From an uncultured Gemmatimonadales bacterium (GTDB lineage Bacteria; Gemmatimonadota; Gemmatimonadetes; Longimicrobiales; RSA9): DNA of 64,000 bases. The stretch spans positions 64,001 through 128,000 of the forward strand of contig CAWCRS010000009.1 in assembly GCA_963798085.1 (NCBI GenBank), given 5' to 3'. Position 1 is the first letter of the stretch. Every line of letters starts with the position of its first letter. Of this stretch, positions 1-9,944 are shown piece by piece. A model generated the notes under the pieces. The model was not told the DNA's origin. It saw only the letters and a list, made by a program, of their open reading frames with translations, and ran no database searches. The position numbers were made by a program, and so were the translations under genes.

Positions 1-2042
1 ATGGGTGTCTCGAAGACCTGACGCGACAGGAAATCGAGCGCGGCCTTCTGCCGGGCCAGCGGTTCGACGTGATAGACCATGCCCGGCTGCTCGGTGGATT
101 TGAGGTCGGCGTACACACCGCCGATGTTGGCGACGACGTGGCCCACGTAGCGTGACCATTGTGTAGTGGCTTCATCGTACAGCTCCGCCAGGTCGGTGTA
201 GTCGTCGCCCGGCTTCGACGTCCACTGCACGAGGTTGGGCACGATCTTCTTGAGGTTGGCCATGCCGTAGTCGCTGGCTTTCACGGCATCGTCGCCCATG
301 TCCTCCGTCTGCGCGCGCGGGTCCGCGTTCCCGGCGCCACCCTGCGGCAGGTAGCGGTACATCGGATCGTTCGCTTTCGCCAGGATCCAGCGGTTGAGCG
401 TGGGGCGCTCCGCTTCCGGGGTTGGCGCGTTCGGGATCACGCGATAACCCCAGTTTATCGCGTACTGGTCGTAGGGTCCGATGTGGCGCAGAAAGTCGGT
501 GCCCTCGAGGCCATCGCCGGGCTGCGCGATGTAGTTCTGGCGCGCGTAATCCATGATCGAGGGCGCTACGCCCATGCGCGCAGAAAACGACTTCGAGCGC
601 AGCGAATCCACAGGATAGGAGGAGCTGGCGATCATGTTGTGCGGCAGACCGAGCGCGTGGCCGATCTCATGCGCGATCACCTGCTCCATGGCCGCACACA
701 TCAGGTTGCTGTCGATGGGCAGCGATCGGGCCAGCGGATTGGCCGCGCCGGTCTGGACCATCATCCAGTTGCGGTAGGAGCGCAGGTGGTTGTGGAACCA
801 GACAATGTCGCTTTCAATGATTTCGCCCGTACGCGGATCGCTCGTGCTCGGGCCTTCCGCGTTGCGCGTCATGCTGGCGGCCCAGCGCACGACGTTGTAG
901 CGCACGTCTTCGGGATCCCACTCGGGGTCCTGCTCGGGGGCGGGCGGATCCTTCGCCTGGATCGCGTTCCTGAAGCCCGCGGTCTCGAACGCCGCCTTCC
1001 AGTCCTCGACGCCGCGCTTCACGCAGGCGCGGTACTGCACGGGTGTGGCGGGGTCGAGGTAGTAGACGATCGGCTTGATCGGCTCGGCCAGCTCGCCGCG
1101 CGCGTACGCCGCGGGGTCCTTCGGCTCGAGACGCCAGCGGCGGATGAACGTCTGCGTGGCGGCCTTCTGCTCGGGCAACCCGAAATTCACGTGCTCGACG
1201 CTGAAGAAGCCGACGCGCTCGTCGGCGTAGCGCGGTCGCATGGGCTCCTTCGGCAGCAGCACGAGCGACTGGTGCATCTCCATGGACATGGTGCCGGTCT
1301 CGGCTTCCGCCGGCGGCTTCGTCGCATCGAAGGTAAGCGTGTGCTGCACCTCGACGTTCTGCGGATAGGCGCGCGCGTAATTGATGAAGCTGCGCGCCGG
1401 ATCGAGACGACGCACACCCCACTGGGTGCGCTGATTCGGATCGAGACCGCTGATGGCGGGCGTGTCGCCCTCGTAGAAGTCGGTGACATCGACGACGATG
1501 CTCGTCGAGTCGGGTCCGAAAGCCTGAATCGGGAACGAGCCGATGATGGGCGCGAAGTTGTTCTCGACGACGCTCGACACGATGGCCGCCGTGTCCGCCG
1601 CCACCTGTTCGTAGGAATGCTTGCGCAATAACACGCGGTTACTCTGCCGTTCCCAGCTGACCACCTGTTCGTGCACGGAGACGCCGGCGGGCATGAGCCC
1701 GCCGATGCCGGGGGGCACCGCGGCGATGCGGCTGTTGAGCAGCATCTCGCGACCCAGCAGCTCGACCGGGATCTGGAAGAGCACCTTGTCGTTCACGCGG
1801 TACACGGTGAACAGCCCGCTGTCGGGATGCGCCGACGCCGGAATCACGTCACGGAACGGGCGAGGGCCGGTGGGCCGGGCACCGCCGGCGCGGCCTTCGC
1901 CCTGCTGTGGCGGCGTCTGCGGTGGCTGCTGCGCGGCGGCCGGCGCGTTGCGGGGGGCAGGCGAGGCGGGCGCATGGGCGCGGGTGCAGGCGCCCAGCAG
2001 AACCGCGGCGGCAAGCAGGAAAGAGTGTCGATGACTGATCAT
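1..2042 (-). CDS. Zinc-dependent metalloprotease lipoprotein (EcxA/DUF5117-DUF4953-like), runs off the left edge
   Basis: Manual translation from ATG 2042: MISHRHSFLLAAAVLLGAC (lipobox)...PMRPRYADERVGFF...DPRTGEIIESDI...HEIGHALGLPHN (HExxHxxGxxH)...PSIMDY (Met-turn). Absent from the ORF track because there is no stop in the window. Confidence 0.9.
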   Translation of the reverse strand, partial: MISHRHSFLLAAAVLLGACTRAHAPASPAPRNAPAAAQQPPQTPPQQGEGRAGGARPTGPRPFRDVIPASAHPDSGLFTVYRVNDKVLFQIPVELLGREMLLNSRIAAVPPGIGGLMPAGVSVHEQVVSWERQSNRVLLRKHSYEQVAADTAAIVSSVVENNFAPIIGSFPIQAFGPDSTSIVVDVTDFYEGDTPAISGLDPNQRTQWGVRRLDPARSFINYARAYPQNVEVQHTLTFDATKPPAEAETGTMSMEMHQSLVLLPKEPMRPRYADERVGFFSVEHVNFGLPEQKAATQTFIRRWRLEPKDPAAYARGELAEPIKPIVYYLDPATPVQYRACVKRGVEDWKAAFETAGFRNAIQAKDPPAPEQDPEWDPEDVRYNVVRWAASMTRNAEGPSTSDPRTGEIIESDIVWFHNHLRSYRNWMMVQTGAANPLARSLPIDSNLMCAAMEQVIAHEIGHALGLPHNMIASSSYPVDSLRSKSFSARMGVAPSIMDYARQNYIAQPGDGLEGTDFLRHIGPYDQYAINWGYRVIPNAPTPEAERPTLNRWILAKANDPMYRYLPQGGAGNADPRAQTEDMGDDAVKASDYGMANLKKIVPNLVQWTSKPGDDYTDLAELYDEATTQWSRYVGHVVANIGGVYADLKSTEQPGMVYHVEPLARQKAALDFLSRQVFETP

Positions 2043-2211
2043 GGAAACGGACTCCGCGACTGGGGTGCGGGGATAGTGACGCTGAGAATATCGGGGCAGG
2101 CGGCCGTTGATGGAAATGAGAGCGTGTCGAAGCGCCATGCTCGCGTTTCAGGCCGTCCGCGCGCGGCGCGCAGCCGCGCGAGTCGCGGCCTCGCCTGCCC
2201 GGAGGCACCAC

Positions 2212-4314
2212 ATGCACGATCGTTCCCGATGCGGTCCGTCCATCGACCCGCGCACGCGCTTGCTCTGCAGCGGGTTGCTCGCGATGACGTTCGCTGCGAT
2301 ACCGCCAGGCCCGCGCGTGCCTGCCTCGCCTGCTGCCAGCATGATCATCAAGCTGGCATCCAGCTCGGTGGTCGGCGGCAACGTCCTCGGCGGCACCGTG
2401 GTGATCGATCCGGTTGCGCCGGCGGGCGGGATGGTCGTTACGCTGCGCACGTCGACGGTGGCGGTCGCCGGCTTTCTCAACCCGAAACTGGGGCCGTCCA
2501 GCGCCGTCGCCTCGACGGAGGTGGTCATTCCCGCGGGCGGGAACGCCGCGTCGTTCCAGATCAGCACGTTTGGCGTGGCGCAGGCATCCGGCGTCGACAT
2601 CACGGCAGCTTCCAGCAGCACATCCGCGAACACGAGCCTCACCGTGATGCCTGCGTCCGTGCAGCGCGTCATACTGCAACCGGCGCAGGTCACCGGAGGC
2701 ATCACCGTCGCGGGCCAGGTCACTCTGAATGGCGCCGCGCCCGTGAGCAAGGGCGCAACGGTCGAACTGTCGACGGGACCAAGCATTCCCGGGTCCTCGA
2801 CGGCCCCGGGCGGACCACTGGCGGCTGTGCCCGCGAAGATCCCGGTTCCACCGGGCGCCAACAGCGCCTCGTTCACGGTGAAGACGACGCCGACAGACAC
2901 GCGGCAATCGGTAGTCGTGGCCGCGACGCTGGGTGGCAGCGCGCAGGCGTCCCTGACCGTGCTGCCACCAACGCTCACGGGACTGTCCGTGAACCCCGGC
3001 AACGTGGTGTCCGGTGCGCAGGCGACAGGCACGGTTTCTCTGGACGGGCCCGCGCCGCCGAGTGGCTTCGCCCTGCAGATCACGACGAACAGCCCATCCG
3101 TGGTGGTGCCGCAGAGCATGATCGTTCCGGCAGGAGCGGCGACTGCGCCCTTCCCGATCCAGACCCGCCCGGTGACCAACGCCAGCGCAGCCACGGTTAC
3201 TGCCTCACCCCCGGTCGCGGGCCAGATCCTGGGGGATGGCAGCGTACGCACGGTGAACCCGGCAGCGCGGAGTGCGGCGCTCACGCTGAACCCGATGCGT
3301 GTCAGCGTGCTGCAGCTGACGCCCTCATCGCCGGGCGGCGCGATCGCCGCGCTGGGGTCGGCTGTGGCGGAGTTCGGCGGCCACAGGCTGACAGGCACGG
3401 TGCAGCTGGTGGCGCCCGCGCCGTCCGCCGGCGTCGAGGTCACACTGCAATCGAGCAACAGCATCGCGCAGGTGCCCCTTTCCCTTTCCATTCCGGCGGG
3501 TCAGAGCCGCGCGACGTTCACGGTCAACACTGCATCGGTATCGCAGTCCTCCGGCGTGAACATCAGCGCGAGTGCGAAGGTCGTGGGAGCGACCGCAACG
3601 GGCAGCACGACCGCACCCAGCATCGCCGATGGCACGTCCAACACGATCAGCGTGGGTGAGGGGTCGGCCGGGCAGGCGACTGCGCTGCTCACGCTCATCC
3701 CGCTTCCCGTGCTGAAGACCGTGTTCGTTTCGCCGTCGCCGGCGGCCGGCGGCCAGCCGGTCACGCTCAGCGTGAATTTCACGGGCGCCGAACTCGTGCC
3801 GCCAACGCTGGGTGCGCCCCAGGCCCAGATCAGCGTGAGCCCGCCGGGCGTTCTCCAGCTGCCGCCGACCGTGGCGCTCGCGCGGAATGGGACCGTGCTG
3901 ACCCTGGGCGGCACCACGACGGCTTCCGTTTCCGGCAGCACGCTGGCAGCGGCCGTGGATCAGACCGTGACGGTCAGCGTGTCACTCGAAGGGCACAGTG
4001 TATCCACCACGCTGCAGGTCACGGCGCCCGTGCCGCCCATTGCCTCATTCAGCCTGCGGCCCGCCACATCGAAGGGCGGTAACAACGTGTTTGGCAGCCT
4101 GACACCGGACCCGCGCATCACGGCGGTCACCAGTGTGACGCTCAGCAGCGATCACCCCGGGCTGCTGACACTGCCCGCCTCGACGACCATCGCACCGGGG
4201 CAGACCCGTCTGCTCACCATCGGCACCAGCGCAGTGAGCGCACCAACCACAGTGATCATTACCGCGACCGCCGGGACGCAGAAGATGACGGCAACGCTGA
4301 TTCTCACGAGCTGA
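2212..4314 (+). CDS. Secreted protein with about 6 tandem beta-rich Ig-like repeats
   Basis: GGAGG RBS at 2201-2205 before ATG 2212; hydrophobic N-terminus; recurring unit (P..V.GG...G.V.L...AP..G..V.L....VP..V.IPAG...A.F.V.T). Confidence 0.75.
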   Translation: MHDRSRCGPSIDPRTRLLCSGLLAMTFAAIPPGPRVPASPAASMIIKLASSSVVGGNVLGGTVVIDPVAPAGGMVVTLRTSTVAVAGFLNPKLGPSSAVASTEVVIPAGGNAASFQISTFGVAQASGVDITAASSSTSANTSLTVMPASVQRVILQPAQVTGGITVAGQVTLNGAAPVSKGATVELSTGPSIPGSSTAPGGPLAAVPAKIPVPPGANSASFTVKTTPTDTRQSVVVAATLGGSAQASLTVLPPTLTGLSVNPGNVVSGAQATGTVSLDGPAPPSGFALQITTNSPSVVVPQSMIVPAGAATAPFPIQTRPVTNASAATVTASPPVAGQILGDGSVRTVNPAARSAALTLNPMRVSVLQLTPSSPGGAIAALGSAVAEFGGHRLTGTVQLVAPAPSAGVEVTLQSSNSIAQVPLSLSIPAGQSRATFTVNTASVSQSSGVNISASAKVVGATATGSTTAPSIADGTSNTISVGEGSAGQATALLTLIPLPVLKTVFVSPSPAAGGQPVTLSVNFTGAELVPPTLGAPQAQISVSPPGVLQLPPTVALARNGTVLTLGGTTTASVSGSTLAAAVDQTVTVSVSLEGHSVSTTLQVTAPVPPIASFSLRPATSKGGNNVFGSLTPDPRITAVTSVTLSSDHPGLLTLPASTTIAPGQTRLLTIGTSAVSAPTTVIITATAGTQKMTATLILTS

Positions 4315-4489
4315 CCTCGGGATCGAGGGTCGTCGACTTCCGTTGCTGCAGCGCACCCAACCGCAGTCGCGCAACTTGCCTCGCCTGATCTTCGGATGGC
4401 GTGTCCTCGGCCGACTGTTTGCGCGGGAAACGCCGCATCGAGTGAACGGCGCGGGACGCAGACGCTTTCGCCGGCCGCCGCCACCGGGC

Positions 4490-4978
4490 TCAACGCCGGG
4501 TGGATGACGGCGTCGATGCGTGGCCGGCCAGGATGCGCCAGCCGGCGGGCCGGTGCACGAACAGCATGGTCATCGTGCCACCGAAACTGAATGCAGGCGA
4601 CGACGGGTACGCCAGCGTCGTCTGGAATTCCGTCAGCACCGACGCCACGCCGGGCACCACCGGCAGGATTTCCGTGTCCTGATACTCGTGCCGGATGCTC
4701 GTGCCCGCGGGCAGTTCTGCCATGTACTTGCGCAGGTCGCCCACCGACCGCAGCTCCACCTGGCCGTCTGTTACCCAGCGCAGGGACGCGTCATTGACAT
4801 AGAGCGACGCCACCGAATCCCACTGGCCGGCCGCCGAAAACTTCTGATAGGCCGCCAGCGTGGCCTGCACGCTGTCGCGAATGGCGGCACCCTGCGCCGC
4901 GGACAGCTTCCCCGGCTCGCGGTTGCAGGCCGCCAGGATCACGAGACCCATTGCTGCCGCAGCCAGGATCGCGCGCAT
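4490..4978 (-). CDS. NTF2/SnoaL-like (DUF4440-type) lipoprotein
   Basis: MRAILAAAAMGLVILAAC lipobox; C-terminal GWRILAGHAS is typical of the NTF2 fold. Confidence 0.75.
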   Translation of the reverse strand: MRAILAAAAMGLVILAACNREPGKLSAAQGAAIRDSVQATLAAYQKFSAAGQWDSVASLYVNDASLRWVTDGQVELRSVGDLRKYMAELPAGTSIRHEYQDTEILPVVPGVASVLTEFQTTLAYPSSPAFSFGGTMTMLFVHRPAGWRILAGHASTPSSTRR

Positions 4979-4997
4979 CGTCGTCTCTCCCACGTTG

Positions 4998-5411
4998 TCA
5001 GTCCTGTTCGGGTTCGCTGCTGTCGTATTGCATGGCGCCCGCGATGTTGCCCTCCGTGTCGCGGAAGAAGATCAGATGGCCGACACCGGGCAGGTGCACC
5101 CGCGGCAGCACGATGCTGCCACCACCGGCGACGATTTCCGCCGCCACTTCGTCGACATCACCCACCGCGATCGTGCACTCGAACCCAATGTTGCGCTCGC
5201 CTTCTACCCACTCGCGCCGCTTCTGCAGCGCACCTTGCACGCCCGGCTCCGGCTCCGAACCGGTGCGGATCTGGAAGAAGCCGGGCGGCCCCCATGCCGT
5301 GAAACGCCAGCCGAACACGCGCTCGTAGAAGCGCATCGCACGACCCACGTCGTCGGCATTGATGGCGAAGTGCGCGAGGTTGGCGGGTACGCGTGCGGGT
5401 CCGGGTGACAT
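4998..5411 (-). CDS. VOC/glyoxalase family protein
   Basis: HFAINADDVGRAMRFYERVFGW...FRDTEGNIAG. Confidence 0.88.
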   Translation of the reverse strand: MSPGPARVPANLAHFAINADDVGRAMRFYERVFGWRFTAWGPPGFFQIRTGSEPEPGVQGALQKRREWVEGERNIGFECTIAVGDVDEVAAEIVAGGGSIVLPRVHLPGVGHLIFFRDTEGNIAGAMQYDSSEPEQD

Positions 5412-5496
5412 GGAGTGGCTCCTGTCGGGAGGCAGTGCGAGTGGCGCCGAACATACGTCTGTCCGCCTGTTGCTGCTAACGCTAGCTTGCCAGTTC

Positions 5497-6273
5497 ATGT
5501 CGCGAACCCGCCAGGCTCTGGGGCCCGTCGTGCGCACGGGCGTGGTGCGCTGGAGTGTGCCCTGGAACTGGCGTTCGCGGGCCAGCGACTGGGGCCACCT
5601 GCTGTACAGCTCGCATGGCATGCTGACTGTGCAGACGGAAGCGGGCGCGTGGGTAACGCCCCCGCACGAAGCGGTGTGGCTGCCGGCGCGCACGCGCCAC
5701 GGGATGGAAGCGTCGCGACCCTCGACGCTGCGCTTCCTCTACCTGCACGACAGCATTGCGAAACGCCTGCCGCGCGAGTGTCGCGCCGTTCACATTTCAC
5801 CTTTGCTGCGCGAGCTGCTGCGCGAGGTCATGCGGCTGGGCACACTGAATCGCAGCGTGCTGGCGGAGCGGCATCTGCTCGAGCTGCTGCTCGATCAGCT
5901 GGTTCTGCTGCCGCGGCGCGTGGTGGAGCTGCGTATGCCGGTGGATGCGCGCGCGCTGCAGGTGGCGAACCGCATACGCGAGGCACCGGCCGAACGCCAT
6001 TCGCTGGCCGACAGCGCTCGGCAGACGGGTTCCAGTACACGCACACTCGAGCGCATTTTCCGCAGTGAAACCGGGGTATCGTTCGGCGTGTGGCGCACAC
6101 GAGCCCGCCTGCTGCGCTCCCTCCAGCTGCTGGCGGAGGACGAGAGCGTCACGCGCGCGGCGCTGGCCGTGGGTTATGAGAGCACGAGCGCGTTCGTCGC
6201 CGCGTTCCGACGCGCCTTTGGGACGACACCCGGGCGGTACTTTCCGGCAGCGGGTCCGCCGGGCGAGTCTTGA
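5497..6273 (+). CDS. AraC family regulator (cupin + HTH), divergent from the VOC gene
   Basis: WVTPPHEAVWLP...RTLERIFRSETG...GYESTSAFVAAFRRAFGTTPGRY. Confidence 0.9.
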   Translation: MSRTRQALGPVVRTGVVRWSVPWNWRSRASDWGHLLYSSHGMLTVQTEAGAWVTPPHEAVWLPARTRHGMEASRPSTLRFLYLHDSIAKRLPRECRAVHISPLLRELLREVMRLGTLNRSVLAERHLLELLLDQLVLLPRRVVELRMPVDARALQVANRIREAPAERHSLADSARQTGSSTRTLERIFRSETGVSFGVWRTRARLLRSLQLLAEDESVTRAALAVGYESTSAFVAAFRRAFGTTPGRYFPAAGPPGES

Positions 6274-6494
6274 GACGTCGAGAGGCGTTGCTGGGGCGCC
6301 CAGAGCGGCAGCGGGATCAACTGCGGGCCTTGGGCTGGGCTGGGGAAGAGATCCATGGAAGGCGTTGCGGCTCACGCGCAGCGACGAAGCATTGTGCAAC
6401 CGATACTGCGTGCTGCGCATCTCGCTTTTGCGTGCAGCCGGCTCGGGTCTGCGATCCTGTTGAGCGCGGCGACGCAGCCGCTGTCCTGGCGGCA

Positions 6495-7169
6495 TCAGTG
6501 CGGCGCTGACTTGCGTGGCGGGCGAGGGGTGAGTCTGGGTGGGCGAGGGCCGCGGCGGGTGCGACCGTCGATGGGCACGTACTCCAGCTCCTCGCCGTCG
6601 TCGGCGCAGCGCAGCATGAGACCGCCGCGACTCATGTCGCCGCGGCCAATGAACGCAGCAGGAAAGCGGAGTCGGGCACCGAACACATCGGTCAGCGTGT
6701 CGACATACTTGCCGGTTGCGATGCTCCCCAGCAGTACGACGATCGATTGCGGCAGCAGCTGCGCGCGCAGCGCGCGGGCCGTCCGCTGCAGCGCGCTGAG
6801 GAACGCGTGCGAATCGTCGCCGATGGGGACGCGCGCGAATTCCTCGAGGTCAGCGAGCGTCGTGTGCATGTCGAGCGGCACCAGACCACGACTCGAGGTG
6901 ATGACCATCGCGGGTGGTGTTCCGGGCGGTGGCGCTGCGAAGGCGTGCGCGTACTCGACCTTGCCGCGGAAGTAAAGGCCGCTGACGAACGCGAACACCT
7001 CGGACAACGGTGCGCCGCCATTGCGCACCTGCTGCGCCAGCGGGAACGCGGCTGCGTCACGCACGAGCAGGCGCGCGCGCTTGCCCAATGCGTTGGCGGG
7101 CGAGAGCAGGAATACGCGCGTCGCGCGTGCCGCTGAGTCAGAGGGCACGGCCGGCGTTCGCCGTGTCAT
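6495..7169 (-). CDS. Hypothetical protein (looks conserved)
   Basis: Protein-like ORF with motifs FLLSPAN, SGLYFRGK, LLGSIATGKY, GRGDMSRGGLMLR; start uncertain. Confidence 0.65.
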   Translation of the reverse strand: MTRRTPAVPSDSAARATRVFLLSPANALGKRARLLVRDAAAFPLAQQVRNGGAPLSEVFAFVSGLYFRGKVEYAHAFAAPPPGTPPAMVITSSRGLVPLDMHTTLADLEEFARVPIGDDSHAFLSALQRTARALRAQLLPQSIVVLLGSIATGKYVDTLTDVFGARLRFPAAFIGRGDMSRGGLMLRCADDGEELEYVPIDGRTRRGPRPPRLTPRPPRKSAPH

Positions 7170-8024
7170 TGGGCAATGCGCCGCAGCCATTCGCTGCGCC
7201 ACAGGGCGACCGACTGGCCTGACGTCTTCTCCAGGGCTTCGATCGGGTCGCGTTCGGGGACGAGGGCGATGACGGCGGGGAGGCCCAGGCGCTCGACGAG
7301 GAATTTCACGAACGAGTGCGCGCAGCCGTAGAACAGGGGCGCGACCTCGCCGCGGCGGCTGGTGAACAGGGCCGCAGGTGTGCCGGGGCCGGGAATGTGG
7401 ACGAGGATCGAATCGGCGTCAGGCTGCTGCGCGCGCTGGTGGCATACGGCATCGACATGGGCCGCGCCACCCGTGTCGAACACGTCGCCTTCAATCAGTC
7501 CCTGCTCAGCCTCAATGCGTGCAGCCACGTAATCCGGCAGGCCCTCGATCAGCCAGTCCGGCCAATTCTCCTGGATCCCCTTCGCCACGGCGGAATCCGG
7601 GTACTCATCGGCCCAGTACGGCGGCCGCGGCTGCAGCACCAGGTGCGCGGCCTCGTGCTTCCACGGCGCGAGACCTCTTTCGACGTGCCACCAGGCGATC
7701 AGGATGCCGTCGTCGCCGGTGCCGTGCGAGATGAACGTGTCCGGACTGAATGTAGTAGTTGATCCTGCGGCCCTGGAGACGATTCCAGACCAGGGCGGGC
7801 TGGAGCAGCGCTTCCACCGCGCGTACGCCACGGTCCAGGGTATCGGCAAGTGCGCGCACGCGCGCGGCCGGAACATCGCCGGGAGCCCAGACAATGACGC
7901 GCTGCCCTTCCATCTGCTGGCCATGCCCGTGCAGCCACGCAATGCGCGCGGAGTCCGGGCCGAAGGTGGATTCCCTGAGATCCGTCCCGGTCTTCTTCCC
8001 GTGGCAGCCCGCGACACCCACCAT
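7166..8024 (-). CDS. Gluzincin-like (HEXXH...E) lipoprotein, frameshifted near 7750
   Basis: N-part in ORF 7605..8189 (MVGVAGCHG...RINYY); C-part in ORF 7166..8086 (HEAAH...WLIEGLPDY); start approximate. Confidence 0.6.
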
Positions 8025-8141
8025 CGCCACCAGCGCGCCCAACCGCAACACGCGGTTAGAGGTGCAGCAGCGGCGCACAAACGCACGAAGCTGCCCGAGC
8101 CTCAGTAACACGACCTGACGCAGCAAGCCAAGAGGTAACCT

Positions 8142-8235
8142 CGCCGTTGAATCCGTTCCCCAGCAACCAGCCCCGGCAACGCAATTCAATAGGTACCCAG
8201 CCCCAGCCGAGCCCCAGCCCGAGCCCCAGCAACGA
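8142..8235. repeat. Copy of the dispersed CCCCAGCAACCAGCCC intergenic repeat
   Basis: gttccccagcaaccagccccggcaacg followed by (gccccagcc(c)ga)n; same motif at 40.3, 50.3-50.5 and 61.4 kb. Confidence 0.7.
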
Positions 8236-8252
8236 CGGGACCGGTGCCAGAA

Positions 8253-9152
8253 CTAGAACTCGAGCTTGCGGAGATACTGATAACTCGCACGCGCACTGTC
8301 GAGGGCACTGACAGGCTCATCGTGCTCGACGAAGAAATGCTCGATGCCGGCCTGCGCACGGTGGCGGAGAATGCGACGGAAGTCAATGCTGCCGCGTCCC
8401 ACGTCCACCATGCGATGCGCACGATCCATGTCCTTCACGTGCACCATGGGGAAGCGGCCGGGCCAGCGCGCGAACTGCGTGAGCGGGTCGCCGCCGGCCG
8501 AGATGATCCAGAACAGGTCCATCTCGAAGCAGACCAGGTCGGGCGAGGTCTGCTCCAGGAGGACGTCCCAGGGCACGCGGCCCTCGACGGGTGCAAACTC
8601 GTAGTTATGGTTGTGGTAGGCGAAGCGCAGGCCCGCCGCCTGCGCCTGCCCGGCGGCACGATTGAAGGCAACTGCCCAGCGGCGCCAGTCGCGCAATGAG
8701 CGGCGGCGGTCCGCATCGATCCAGGCGGCGGTGATGTAGCGGCAGCCGATGGCCGCCGCATCGTCCACGGCGCGCGCCCAGTCCTTCTCCACCGTTTCCG
8801 CGGGCACGTGCGTCGAGGGCGCGCTCAGATGATGCCTCGCCAGCAGGGCGCGGATGTCCGCGGGCGCGCGTCCGAAGTACCCCGCGAACTCCACCTCATG
8901 GTAGCCAATGTCGGCGAGGCGCTGCAGCGTACCCTCGAAATCGCGCTGCATCTCGCCGCGCAACGTGTACAGCTGGATGCCGATGCGCTCGAGCCTTTCC
9001 CGCCGTAATCCGGCGGATCCCGCGGCAGCTCCCTCGCGACGAAGACCCGAGGCAATGTCGTCGCCTGTACCTTTTTCCGGAGCGTGCCGTGGCAACAGGG
9101 ACGGCGCCAGCGCAGCCAGGGTGGCGTGGCTCAGAAAGTTGCGACGATCCAT
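8253..9152 (-). CDS. Sugar phosphate isomerase/epimerase (TIM barrel, IolE/AP-endonuclease-2-like), Tat-exported
   Basis: MDRRNFL twin-arginine signal; GIQLYTLR, YHNHNYEF, FEMDLFW, HVKD, VEHD. Confidence 0.9.
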   Translation of the reverse strand: MDRRNFLSHATLAALAPSLLPRHAPEKGTGDDIASGLRREGAAAGSAGLRRERLERIGIQLYTLRGEMQRDFEGTLQRLADIGYHEVEFAGYFGRAPADIRALLARHHLSAPSTHVPAETVEKDWARAVDDAAAIGCRYITAAWIDADRRRSLRDWRRWAVAFNRAAGQAQAAGLRFAYHNHNYEFAPVEGRVPWDVLLEQTSPDLVCFEMDLFWIISAGGDPLTQFARWPGRFPMVHVKDMDRAHRMVDVGRGSIDFRRILRHRAQAGIEHFFVEHDEPVSALDSARASYQYLRKLEF

Positions 9153-9413
9153 GGCGACCTGTTCGGCGGTTCATGGCGCTGCGGGCGCGTGACGGCAAAC
9201 ATGTCGAACGAACGGGAAGCGCGCCAGCGCGGGTCGCGATCGGTTTCCCTTCGCCGCGGGCGTGCCGTACATTGCCGGTCTGCCCTGTTGAACGCAGACC
9301 CTGACCTGAGCCAGGCTGTTGTGTTAGTGACGTGCTTCGCGGGAGCCCGCCCATGCCGCTGGACGCTGCGCGACTCATCGAAATGCCTGCCATGGACTCG
9401 CGCCGTACGCGGC

Positions 9414-9881
9414 ATGTCTGAGCGGCGCAGGCGGATGCGTGCGCCTCCGGGCGAGGCGTGGCTTCCGGTGGGCGGGCGCTGGCAGTGTCCGGACTGCGGC
9501 AAACAGTTCGTCAAACCGGGACTCTCCCACTCCTGCGGCCAGGTGAGTCTGGAGCAGCACTTCGCGCAGCGGCCGCGCGCACGCGCGTTGTTCAATGCGC
9601 TGTGCGACACGCTGCAGAAGGCGGGCGGGCCGTTCCGTCTGTCGGTCGCGAAAACACGCATCGGCCTGATCAACGGGATCACATTCGCCGCAGTCATGCC
9701 CCGGAAAGACTTCGTGCGATTTCATATTCTGCTGCTGCGCCGGCTCGAATCAGCGCGCCCTGTCCGGATCGACCACTTTCCGCCCTGGTTCGTGCACACC
9801 TTCGAGCTGCGCGACGCGCACGAGCTGGACGCCGACATGCGCGGCTGGCTGCGTGAAGCGTGGTCGCTGGGCCTGAGATAA
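9414..9881 (+). CDS. DUF5655-like protein with N-terminal CxxC...HSC zinc motif
   Basis: WQCPDCGKQF...SHSC; C-terminal ELDADMRGWLREAW. Confidence 0.7.
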   Translation: MSERRRRMRAPPGEAWLPVGGRWQCPDCGKQFVKPGLSHSCGQVSLEQHFAQRPRARALFNALCDTLQKAGGPFRLSVAKTRIGLINGITFAAVMPRKDFVRFHILLLRRLESARPVRIDHFPPWFVHTFELRDAHELDADMRGWLREAWSLGLR

Positions 9882-9944
9882 AACCCTGTTATCAGGTGTA
9901 TACGACCGCTGCCGGCACCACCCGGAGCTCCGACCGCGCTGCGC

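Noticed and set aside
159..1631. 490-aa + strand ORF
   Set aside because: Antisense shadow of the metalloprotease gene. The same applies to most long R/A/G-rich ORFs in the track (e.g. 25045-26916, 48640-50436).
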